Source: Octopus bimaculoides (taxonomy: Eukaryota). From it: a stretch of DNA of 38,902 nt. Under the pieces are notes generated by a model that was not told the DNA's origin, did not search any database, and worked only from the letters and a program-made list of their open reading frames with translations. Both the position numbers and the translations under genes were made by a program. Location of the stretch: NCBI RefSeq assembly GCF_001194135.2, contig NC_068981.1, positions 135,712,744 through 135,751,645 of the forward strand, written 5' to 3'. Below are positions 1 to 10,400 of this stretch, piece by piece. Numbering within the stretch: position 1 is the stretch's first letter; each line of letters opens with the position of its first letter.

Positions 1-39
<39 letters not shown>

Positions 40-290
40 ATATGTATGTATATATATATATTTATGTATATGTGTGTGTGTATATATATATATTTATCTG
101 TGTGTGTGTTTGTGTCTATGTTTGTTCCCCACTCCACCGCTTGACAACTGGTGCTGGTGTTTTAACGTCCCCGTAAGATTCCAGTAGAATAATACCAGGC
201 TTAGAAAAATAAGCACTGGTGACGTTTCCCCAGCATGTTCGCAGTCCAATGACTGAAACAATTTAAAAATAAAAGACAATACTGTGGAGT
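1..290 (+). mobile_element. 3' half of SINE family B (internal TA/TG microsatellite plus body and tail)
   Basis: (TA)n/(TG)n is followed by ttgacaactggtgctggtgttttaacgtccccgtaa...ccagcatgttcgcagtccaatgactgaaaca, matching the 3' half of the complete copy at 18980-19395. Confidence 0.8.
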
Positions 291-403
291 GACATGACTT
301 TCACCAGGAATCGCATTTGGTTCACAGGTTGGAAAACAGAAAGCTAATCGCTTTAAAGATTAAAGCTTGGCTCCTTATAAATTACGTCCTTATTAAACCT
401 TAA

Positions 404-994
404 CCCTTCGTGGGCCGGCGGGGCAGGAATTACACAAAAAGCCATTGAGGTCCCTTTTATTTTTTAGCATTTCCGCACTATCCATAAAGTAACATTTGTT
501 TAATCTTGTATATATGTATGAGTGCATGATACAGAACAAGAAATTTAGCACTTCATAGGTATATATTTGTGATTATTAGTGTTTAATATATTGACTGAAA
601 AAAACCTTTATTGAAAGAAATCAACATTTTTTATAGTTTTATAAACTATACATATAGCACTAAATATAAAATAAAACAAAATTATTTAGTATATCGATCC
701 AGACCAGTACAAATACGAAGAAAATTAACTTATAGCTATCAGAATATCTGAAAAAAGAATAGAAAAAAATAATTTCACCCAAGGCCAATGGGGTCCAATT
801 GGACCTCAATGACCATGTTTTATGTTATAACATCCATATGACTGGAAATTGTTTAACCCAAAATTTGTATCTGCATACATAAACTATTGACAATAAAAGT
901 AATGAGATATAAAGTCATTTAAATAAAAATGTAAAAGTTGCATAACTTTTAAAATTTGCTGGAGTCCCAAGGGACCCCGCTTGTCCACGAAGAG
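404..994. mobile_element. piggyBac-type non-autonomous element (MITE), 591 bp
   Basis: TTAA at 400-403 and 995-998. 20-bp TIRs cccttcgtgggccggcgggg / ccccgcttgtccacgaagag (4 mismatches). No ORF. CCC-like ends with a TTAA duplication are the piggyBac signature. Confidence 0.8.
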
Positions 995-1331
995 TTAAAG
1001 GCTGAAGCAAACGAAGATGTGTTACTTTCTCTCAATCTTCATGCAATATGTAATATGCTAATAAGCTGTCTGTAAAATCTAATCTGTTCAGAACAAAAGT
1101 CATTCCGTTTATTAGGTTTTGTGAGCTGAATTTCTTTTGGTTTGGAGCCTAGATTGCGTTTCCGGTAATTTAGGTGATAATACGATGACATTGAATGGTA
1201 ACGGTGTGAGTTAAAAGTGTATATTTCCTGCAATATCAGCAAGGCGTCGAAATAATGCTTTAGATAAGAATTGTTTAGTGAATTATTTCAGAGACTATGT
1301 ATCGCTCGAAGGAAAGAAACCGAAGTGAAGA

Positions 1332-1472
1332 CATACATACATGTATGCATGCATGCATGCATGCATGCATGCATACATACATACATGCATACATACATAC
1401 ATACGTCCATCAGTATATACATATACACCTACATTTATATATGCAAGTGACATATATACGTATCTGTCTGCC

Positions 1473-1505
<33 letters not shown>
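1332..1505. repeat. Compound CATA/CATG/TA microsatellite running into a gap
   Basis: Direct reading. Confidence 0.95.
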
Positions 1506-2108
1506 NNNNNNNNNNNNNNNNNNNNNNNNNNNNNNNNNNNNNNNNNNNNNNNNNNNNNNNNNNNNNNNNNNNNNNNNNNNNNNNNNNNNNNNNNNNNNNN
1601 NNNNNNNNNNNNNNNNNNNNNNNNNNNNNNNNNNNNNNNNNNNNNNNNNNNNNNNNNNNNNNNNNNNNNNNNNNNNNNNNNNNNNNNNNNNNNNNNNNNN
1701 NNNNNNNNNNNNNNNNNNNNNNNNNNNNNNNNNNNNNNNNNNNNNNNNNNNNNNNNNNNNNNNNNNNNNNNNNNNNNNNNNNNNNNNNNNNNNNNNNNNN
1801 NNNNNNNNNNNNNNNNNNNNNNNNNNNNNNNNNNNNNNNNNNNNNNNNNNNNNNNNNNNNNNNNNNNNNNNNNNNNNNNNNNNNNNNNNNNNNNNNNNNN
1901 NNNNNNNNNNNNNNNNNNNNNNNNNNNNNNNNNNNNNNNNNNNNNNNNNNNNNNNNNNNNNNNNNNNNNNNNNNNNNNNNNNNNNNNNNNNNNNNNNNNN
2001 NNNNNNNNNNNNNNNNNNNNNNNNNNNNNNNNNNNNNNNNNNNNNNNNNNNNNNNNNNNNNNNNNNNNNNNNNNNNNNNNNNNNNNNNNNNNNNNNNNNN
2101 NNNNNNNN
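1506..2108. other. Assembly gap (other gaps: 7329-7514, 9068-9396, 20596-20786, 21395-22384, 30389-30906, 35635-35999)
   Basis: Runs of N. Six of the seven abut simple repeats. Confidence 1.
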
Positions 2109-2124
2109 ATATATGTATATTTAT

Positions 2125-2332
2125 AAGAAGAATTCACGAAAAAACAACAGACGAAGACAGGTGGTGTAAGCAACAAATGGATGTATTAGTATAACGCTCG
2201 GGAATAGAGAAAGTCTTTAACGTTTCGATCCTACGCTCTTCAACAGAAAGGAACACAGAAAGAAATAAGTAGAGAAACAAGGAGAGAAAAAAATATGTGT
2301 AGTGGTCAATGATCTATCAGGTCAGCGATCTA
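2125..2332 (-). mobile_element. Short non-autonomous Penelope-associated repeat carrying a degenerate hammerhead motif
   Basis: Flanked by TA-rich microsatellites. Truncated paralog at 20478-20552 (aacaacagacgaggacaggtggtgtaa). Hammerhead-like motif at 2215-2250. Confidence 0.5.
2215..2250 (-). ncRNA. Degenerate minimal type I hammerhead ribozyme
   Basis: Minus strand reads cttt-CTGTTGA-a-gagc-gtag-gatc-GAAACGTT-aaag. Stem I cttt/aaag is intact. The core has U in place of A6 and stem II has one mismatch. Confidence 0.45.
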
Positions 2333-2559
2333 CATATATATATACGTACATACATATATATACATATACATACTATTACTTATGAGTATATATATGTGTA
2401 TCGGTGTATATTTATAAATGCATTTCGTAAGCAAGAACCAAAAATAAAAAAAAGAAAATGTGACATACTGGAGCTAAATTAAACCAGGGATGTCCTGCTG
2501 ACAGGCAAAATTTATTAAGAAGTTAGAAAAACATTTGAAATTATCAATGATTCAACATT

Positions 2560-2785
2560 CAGGAAATTATGAAGAACAAATTTCCTTTATTTGGAAGCCT
2601 TTGAAATTCCCGGCTGACAGTGGTATTTATTCCAAAAGTGAAGTATTGACTTTTACAAATGTGACACCACATCGTTTGCTTCAACCTTTACAACTTTAAT
2701 AGGAACATAATTTATTAAAGGCCAGCTTTGCTCTTTGATTTCATCAGCTTTCAAAAACTTCCTTCTCCCTGCGTGAAAGTTTGGG
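2560..2785 (-). mobile_element. Very old LINE RT N-terminal relic; paralog at about 300-400 plus 999-1080 (+), interrupted by the piggyBac MITE
   Basis: Visible nucleotide similarity between the two loci (e.g. aaggctgaagcaaacgaagatgtg vs aaggttgaagcaaacgatgtg). The translation KADEIKEQSWPLINYVPIKVVKVEANDVVSHL*KSILHFWN loosely follows the LINE K.PG.D..P.E.LK...L..IWN pattern. Confidence 0.35.
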
Positions 2786-3099
2786 TATTAATACTAATTT
2801 TATGATCTTCATTCATAATTGTAATTAAAATGTTAATAACCAGTCGTTGTTTTTAAGTTGAGACTCTGGAACAAAAATTCCACTTGTCTCGGTCAGTCGT
2901 AGTCATCATGCTCACTTCATCCAAATAAAAGACATTACAAAATTTAAAGACAAAATTGATCGCCGTTGTTGATATTTAGAAAATATGCTAAACCGGGAAT
3001 TTGACACTTATATCTAGAAATCAAAGACCAGACTTCTTGTTCGATTCACAGATTAAGTTTAGAAGAATTATTAAGAGCCGAATGAAAATAATTAGAACA

Positions 3100-3196
3100 A
3101 TAATAATAATAATGATGATGATGATGATGATGATGATAATAATAATGATAATAAATCATACTAATAATAACAGTAAAACCTAATGGTCAATAATTT
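3100..3196. repeat. (ATA)/(ATG) trinucleotide microsatellite
   Basis: Direct reading. Confidence 0.9.
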
Positions 3197-3577
3197 CGTG
3201 ACAACGCACCATGACAACGGTTTTTCACTCTTCCAAACTTCTGTTTTAATTTAAGAGGTGTTTTATGACATGAGAATAGTAATTCGTGTTAGGTCACTCC
3301 ATTTATATTGGATCTGATCTGGCATCGTCGTTGTAATATTTTGTTGAATAAAAACCTCACTTGAAAATGGAGCTTTAAATAAAAAGAGTTGGTGTGACAT
3401 TCAAATCAGATATTTCTAAGCATAATGACTATTTCACAAGATAGATAATAGGAAATGTGAGGTCTATATCTGATTCTTAAACTTAGCATGTACAAATGCA
3501 GCTTAATTTTCGCAACATAATCGGTAATTATGTTCATTTATTTCACTCGCACTGACTCATGAGCATATATAAAAATG

Positions 3578-4991
3578 GGAAAAAAATTCTTGAAAAACAA
3601 ATAAAGAATTCAACAAAATGCTCTGTTGAAAAAATATCAACCAACATTAAACTCTAAAAAGAAAAAAAACAAGTAAGTATTTCTTTAAATATTTTTTTAA
3701 TTTGTTTCTTAAAAAAAATTTACTAAAACGCATTTTATTGCACTTTTTAAAAATTTGTCACTTTTAGCTTACAATGTATCTACATTCTATGCTACACACT
3801 ACTATACTTCTTAAAATTAAAGAGACTGAATTTGGTTAAGAAATTGCTAGTAGATTGATGTCATTGCCCATAGTCAGTCGCTAATATCAAATCACATTGA
3901 ATATAATGAAAAAAGTTTGTGGAATAGATATACAGTATATACTGTATATCTATTTAAGTGGTTAAACTCAGACGAATTCGTCTGAGTTTAACCACTTAAA
4001 TAGTCATTTCAGCTAAGTCATCATTTATTATTACTTTTCTTTGAATAATTATTTTTACTAATTTTATTTATTTTTAATTAAGCAAATTCTACTGTTTACT
4101 TCAAAATTAGATAAACATTTTGTTTGTAATGATTGTGATTATAAATGTTGTGCTTATAAATGTATATTTTGAAATAAGGAGCAGAAGAGTGAAATGAGTT
4201 CACCTTTGAGTGGGCTGCTTCCTTTTCAAACTGATTTGATCTACATATATATACATATAAAAATAGCAATATGTACACTTATTTTTTATGCAATTAAAAT
4301 ATACAAGCTTGTTTTATTAACTTTTAGTTTACTTTATGTAATATATGTGATATAAATTTAACTAAAAATGGACAGCCCACTCATTTTGGGAAAATTTAAG
4401 TCATTTTAGACCGTTTAACTTTACCTTTCTGCCCAATTAATTTATTTGTATGTATATTATTACTGATACTTTATTACTACTTTCTAATTTTAATTACATA
4501 TTTAAATTAATTATTATTTTAGTTATAATGATCTAATTTTTTTGATAATAATATTGGGCTGCAACATTCAAAATAGAAATAATAAATTGAAATAGTTACA
4601 AAGATTTAAATGAATTAACTATAATATAAACGAAATAAAAAATAATAAATATTCTCTTTTTTTCTGCTTGATAATTTCTATACATTATTGCAATTCTTAA
4701 TCTTTGTTTGATCAAATGTTTTTGTCGTTTTGTTGTAACAGTAGTCACTTACCATCTTTTTTCTGCCTTAAAATATTCGTCAGTTTTGTATGTATTTAAG
4801 ATTAAAATTATAAAGTGCAACAAAATGTGTTTTAGTAAATTTTTTTAAGAAATACTTTTAAGAAATATTAGTAATTTTTTTAAAAGAAATACCTACTTGT
4901 TTCTTTCTTTTTAAAGTTTAATATTGGTTGATATTTTTTCAATAGAGTATTTTGTTGAATTCTTTTTTTGTTTTTCAAGAAATTTTTTTCC
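3578..4991. repeat. About 170-180 bp imperfect inverted repeat pair (3578-3746 and 4812-4991)
   Basis: ggaaaaaaattcttgaaaaacaa...aagtaagtatttc...ttgcacttt recurs as its reverse complement at 4812-4991. Confidence 0.8.
3923..4003. repeat. Two overlapping perfect palindromes (32 bp at 3923-3954; 54 bp at 3950-4003)
   Basis: aatagatatacagtat|atactgtatatctatt and ctatttaagtggttaaactcagacgaa|ttcgtctgagtttaaccacttaaatag, checked base by base. Confidence 0.95.
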
Positions 4992-6120
4992 GTTAAAATT
5001 TCTTCCTTTTTTAAATTATGTTTTTTAGGCATTACATTTTCTTCAAGAAAAAGCAAGTACCAGTACCATCGTTAGCCCCTTATCATACGGTTTACACCCA
5101 CGTTGAGGTGATGGTTGGATTTAATGGGGGAAAAGCCGCCAAATATTTAGTTTATCAGATGAAGAAATGCAATTTCATATCTTTTAATTCATTTAATTTT
5201 TTTAAATTTGATTAAATATTTTCAAAAAATAAGGCAACAATATTATTCATTTTAGAAGGAAAATTCACATTATATGCAGTAAATTTGGTGTCACTAATAA
5301 TATTCCATTTGTCATTATTTTTAACTATGCAAATATAATGACCACTATTGACTTGATTCAATGTATGCATTATGCCAGCTTTTAATTTAAAATTAGTGTC
5401 AAAAATATTTTGCTTTTTGGCATTAAAATATGTGGTTTCAGCCTTAATTTTTCTGACAATAACATTATTATCATTATCATTAGAATTACCATTCTATAAA
5501 AAATTTTATAAATGAAATAATTTTAAATGCAAATTCTAAAAGAAACAACATAATTTCGAAAAAAAAAAAAACATTTAGAACTATTAAAAGTAAAAATTAT
5601 CTGATATTTAATCCAATATAAATGATTTAAAAATTTTTTAAAATTTATGCTTAAAAGAAATTCCAAACAAATTTATGGTAGTGTCAGGGTTTCTGTGTTA
5701 GTTTTTATTATATTAATATTAATTATGACCTTCTGCGGGCCGGGCCGCAGTAATAATGAAAATCGATAGACCTCTCGCGTAACACAAAAGAGCGTATTAG
5801 GTTTGAGTGGCTGAAAGAAAGTCAGAAAATGACGGCGACTCAAAAATGCAAACAAAATTTTAATTAATGATTTAAAAATAAAATTAAAAGATACAAATTA
5901 TATATATTTGGAATCCTTGTAATACAAGGAACATGTTAATATAAGTTTCGTTCTAATGTAATGGACTATTACATGAGTTAATTAATTCATATAAATAAAT
6001 GATGGGGCCCGGGCGCGCATTAGGCATTTATAGACGAGCACGTCGTTCGAGTCTCTACATTTTGTTGAGACTCGCACTCAAGCCGTGCTCGTCTAATACA
6101 GCTTAATTTTCGCAACATAA

Positions 6121-6340
6121 ATTGGTGTTCTCGCCTCCGGACAACATCCCTGCTCACCGTTGACTGGGCGGAGAGTGCTGTCCGCTAGTTCGAACCCCAG
6201 GAATCAGAGTGGCTGTTCCAGCGTATCTCCCGTGCCATCCTCCTTCGGGATAACGCCTTTTCTATTTTGTCTGCTGGTGCCATGAGAAATGGTGAACTAT
6301 GATAGGAGAAAGTGGTCTTTACTATTAATTAATAAAAAAA
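6121..6340 (+). mobile_element. 3' end fragment of a CRE-like (RLE-type) non-LTR retrotransposon
   Basis: Translation ...FEPQESEWLFQRISRAILLRDNAFSILSAGA resembles the CRE-clade C-terminal motif (W/F)L.QR.S.A..RGNA.S.L. It is followed by a short A-rich tail. Confidence 0.6.
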
Positions 6341-6496
6341 TTATGTTAATTCATTTCACTCATCATCATGTAACATGGAGTTTATTTTTTGCAGCATAAT
6401 AAAAAGATATGTTAATTTATGACGCTCGTACAGGTTCACCAATCTGTAAAGAAAATGTGTTGTTGATAACGTTGACTCCAATAAATTTACCTTCAA

Positions 6497-6930
6497 AAGG
6501 CGGCGAGTTGGCAGAGTTGCTAGCACTCCGGGCGAAATGCTTTGCGGTATTTCGTCTGTCGTTATGTTCTGAGTTCAAATTCCACCGAGGTTAACTTTGT
6601 CTTTCATCCTTTTGGGATCGATAAATTAAGTACCAGTTACGCACTGGGGTCGATGTAATCGACTTAATCCCTTTGTCAGTCCTTGTTTGTCCACTCTGTG
6701 TTTAGCCCCTTGTAGGTAATAAAGAAATAAGAAACGTTAGCACGCCTGGCGAAATGCTTAGCGGTATTTCGTCTGCCGTTATGTTCTGAGTTCAATTTCT
6801 GCCGAGGTCGACTTTACCTTTCATCCTTCGGGGTTGATAAATTAAGTACCAGGTGCGTCCTGGCGTCGATCTAATCGACTGGCCCCCTGCCTCAAAACTT
6901 CGGGCCTCCTGCCGAGAGTAGAAAAGAATA
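6497..6930 (+). mobile_element. Two tandem copies of tRNA-derived SINE family A (6497-6733 with tail type 3; 6734-6930 with tail type 2)
   Basis: Head aaggcggcgagttggcagagttg (A box), B box gagttcaaattc, central gtcgactttgcctttcatcctttcggggtcgataa domain. Many paralogs in the window. Confidence 0.9.
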
Positions 6931-7011
6931 AATTTACCTTCATTATTTACTGTAGAGAGTTGTAAAGCAAATTCGTACAGAGAAAGAAGTAAGGCTTTTA
7001 TCGTTATCCTT

Positions 7012-7570
7012 TAACTCTTACTTGTTTCAGTAATTGGACTGTGGCCACACTGGGGCACCGCCTTGAAGGGTTTAGTCGAACAAATCAACTTCAGTACTTA
7101 TTTTTAAGTCTGATACTTATTGTATTGGTCTCTTTTGACAAACCCCTAAGTTTCAAGGACGTAAATAGATCAGCACTGGTTGTCAAACGGTGGCAGAATA
7201 CAAACACACACACGCACACAAACACACACATACAAACACACACACACAAACACACACACACACGCGCGCAAACACAAACACACACACACTCACATACACA
7301 AACAAATACACGAACACACGCAAACGTANNNNNNNNNNNNNNNNNNNNNNNNNNNNNNNNNNNNNNNNNNNNNNNNNNNNNNNNNNNNNNNNNNNNNNNN
7401 NNNNNNNNNNNNNNNNNNNNNNNNNNNNNNNNNNNNNNNNNNNNNNNNNNNNNNNNNNNNNNNNNNNNNNNNNNNNNNNNNNNNNNNNNNNNNNNNNNNN
7501 NNNNNNNNNNNNNNAACGGGTTCCACACAATTTCCGTTTAGCAAATTCACTCACAAGGGGCCTCCAACCA
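7012..7570 (-). mobile_element. SINE family B copy with a gap inside its internal (CA)n tract
   Basis: Reverse complement of the 18980-19395 copy (tail cttgtttcagtaattggactgtggcc; head-side ttccacacaatttccgtttagcaaattcactcacaagg). Confidence 0.8.
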
Positions 7571-7696
7571 GGCTTTTAAAGCCAGAAAATTTTCAGCACC
7601 CCTCGTACATCCACACACACACATGCATACCTCACCCCACATGTACATACATACATACATACATACATACATACATACATACATACATACATACAT

Positions 7697-8325
7697 AGAG
7701 GAAATCCACTCCATAGATATCAAAACCCGCAAAATCCTGACAACTGGGAACTTCCACAGAAACAGTGATATTGACAGGCTCTACCTAAGAAGAAATGAAG
7801 GTGGTAGAGGCCTGAGATCAGTGCAGACGGCCTTCGAATGCTGTATGGCATCACTCAGGCACCACCTGCTAAATAGCAGCAGCAAAAATAAATATATTAA
7901 TGGAGTCCTGAAAAGTGAAGTGGGAAACATTGTACGAGTTGACAGTGAATCCCTCAAGAAACACTCTCTTCCTGATGATCTCTTATACAGCCCCAAAACA
8001 GCTGGGCTCTCTTACCTGAGAGAAGACCTGGATGGAAGGCACTCAGCATACAAAAAGAAAAAAGACCATGCATGGGTATGTTGCCTGGAAGCTTGCAGAA
8101 TACAGTAGAATTGACACGAAGCGCAGCCTCTATTGGACACATGACCACTATATCACATCACTCTTTGAAGGCTATGCATTTGCAATCCAGGAAAAGTAGA
8201 TTTCCACAAAGTACCTGGTGAACGAGAGAGACAGTGACACTCTTGTAATGCCAAGGTGCAACCGCATGTGTAGGCTAATGTCATGTTTCTGTGGAAGACA
8301 TTACGCATCTGATTAGCAGCTGTGG
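7697..8325 (+). mobile_element. R4/Dong-like RLE non-LTR retrotransposon fragment (post-RT region and CCHC finger), pseudogenised
   Basis: IDIKTRKILTTGNFHRNSDIDRLYLRRNEGGRGL, then after frameshifts K.MHGY, FEGYAFAIQE, and EDITHLISSC preceded by a C..C-like remnant. One in-frame stop. Confidence 0.85.
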
Positions 8326-8550
8326 GTTCATATGTTTAAATCTATGTTAGTGAAGCAGTGTGTAATTATATACATTGTTTTGAGTGTATTTTATTGTTGA
8401 AATACACGCATTTATACATTATAATTTATTATAATTTATTAGCTGTGCTATAATTTCATTATTGTTTTATGTGAAACCGTTAGTTTTATTTTTTAGCGTA
8501 TCATTGGCGTAAAACTACTCCAAGACAAGGTTAGTCTTATCATAATCACT

Positions 8551-8650
8551 ACCACCACCACCACCTTCTTCTTCTTCTTCTTCTTCTTCTTCTTCTTCTT
8601 CTTCTTCTTCTTCTTCTTCTTCTTCTTCTTCTTCTTCTTCTTCTTCTTCC
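8551..8650. repeat. (CAC)n-(TTC)n microsatellite
   Basis: Direct reading; it explains the poly-E ORF 8515-8724. Confidence 0.95.
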
Positions 8651-9027
8651 TCCATTCTCTCTTCTTCACCCTCTACTCCCTTGCCAACTCCTTTCTTGTT
8701 CTGTCCTCCTCTCTCTGCATCCATGATCCGATGTACATATTCATAATAATGATAAAAAATGTTCGAAATATATTTACTTCATTTTTCATACGAGTTATTC
8801 AACAAAGCTGTTTGTTTCCATAACTATGGACAAGCTTCAATTAATCATTGATGGATATTTGACAGTTGTGGTTGTATTTAGATATGTACACGCACGCGAG
8901 CACGGCGCATGAACACATACGCACATATGCATGTATACATAACTACACATATGTCTGTAATTGTATATTTATGTCACATATACATATATATATCATATCA
9001 TATATACCATAAACACACACACACATG

Positions 9028-9067
<40 letters not shown>

Positions 9068-9608
9068 NNNNNNNNNNNNNNNNNNNNNNNNNNNNNNNNN
9101 NNNNNNNNNNNNNNNNNNNNNNNNNNNNNNNNNNNNNNNNNNNNNNNNNNNNNNNNNNNNNNNNNNNNNNNNNNNNNNNNNNNNNNNNNNNNNNNNNNNN
9201 NNNNNNNNNNNNNNNNNNNNNNNNNNNNNNNNNNNNNNNNNNNNNNNNNNNNNNNNNNNNNNNNNNNNNNNNNNNNNNNNNNNNNNNNNNNNNNNNNNNN
9301 NNNNNNNNNNNNNNNNNNNNNNNNNNNNNNNNNNNNNNNNNNNNNNNNNNNNNNNNNNNNNNNNNNNNNNNNNNNNNNNNNNNNNNNNNNNNNNNNTGAA
9401 GCACATCTGCTTATTTCAGTATTCCAAACCCGTATGTAGATGTTATATTTGTGTGAAAGAGTTTTGCATAAAAGTTGAAAATATTGGAAAATATTTTTCT
9501 ACAGAGTAATAATATAAAAACAGGAGATTGGAAAAATTTTTGTTATTATTTGTTCAACTTTACAATAGTGAATAAACTATACCCCCAAATTTTCCAATCT
9601 CCTGTTTT

Positions 9609-9609
<1 letters not shown>

Positions 9610-9695
<86 letters not shown>

Positions 9696-9705
9696 ACACA
9701 CACAC
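9610..9705. repeat. Long (CA)n microsatellite
   Basis: Direct reading. Confidence 0.95.
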
Positions 9706-9929
9706 GTATGTGTGTGTGTGCACATATATATATATACATACACATGCATACACACTCACATTTATATATACATGCTTACACATATGTATATGTATTCATT
9801 TATGTCAGTGTGAATATTTCCTGGATCAGTAAACTGATGTATATTTCAAAAGGCATTATTAAAATCATAAGTATTCCGAAACTTTATTTGATTTTTAATT
9901 ACTTTTATTTTGGGGTAAGGAATTTTTAA

Positions 9930-10400
9930 ACTTGCTTATTTGTCCTTTACGGTTCCTACGTCTATTATTCTTCCTAAATCTTCACGTTTATAAGTTCTGG
10001 ATGAAGTTGTTATTAGTGGTGTAGTGTTGTGCTATGAATATGTCTTCAACGATCATTCTTTTGCTTGCCGGAGAAATTTTAGATGTGATACTTGTGTTGT
10101 CGACTAATGTTTTCCTATCTAGTCACGTTTTATGTTACTATGTGTAATATTGTGCGTTGCAAAAACGCCTTCTTGTAAATGCTCGGGGAGTCTGCGATAA
10201 AGTGTCATATTTGTATCGTTAATGTTATTGTTAAAGCCATAAGGTTTACACCTTTGAAGTTCACTCATACATATGTCGATAATATTTATCATCCTAAGTT
10301 TGTTCCCCTTGTAGACTTTTCGTGTCGTTGATAAGCTGTTTTTGTTCTTTTTTATGCTTTTGTAACATACTGTTTGCGTTAAGCCAGTAATAAAAGACTC
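9930..10400 (-). mobile_element. Decayed Penelope-like GIY-YIG endonuclease region
   Basis: Minus-strand translation NDTNMTLYRRLPEHLQEGVFATHNITHSN resembles the PLE T.TL.RRL..HLQ.G motif that follows YIG. Many stops. Confidence 0.4.

Noticed and set aside
1295-2176. Long ORFs spanning N-runs (also at 7.0-7.7, 8.9-9.5, 20.3-20.9, 21.3-22.5, 30.3-31.1 and 35.4-36.1 kb)
   Set aside because: Their length comes from X codons in gaps plus microsatellite translation (YIYI, HTHT, CVCV).
2495-2698. 64-codon open frame after a possible acceptor (AKFIKKLEKHL...LQL*)
   Set aside because: No homology recognised, and much of it is antisense to the LINE-like relic that has a paralog at 300-1080.
8515-8724. 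Poly-Glu ORF
   Set aside because: It is the (TTC)n microsatellite read on the minus strand.
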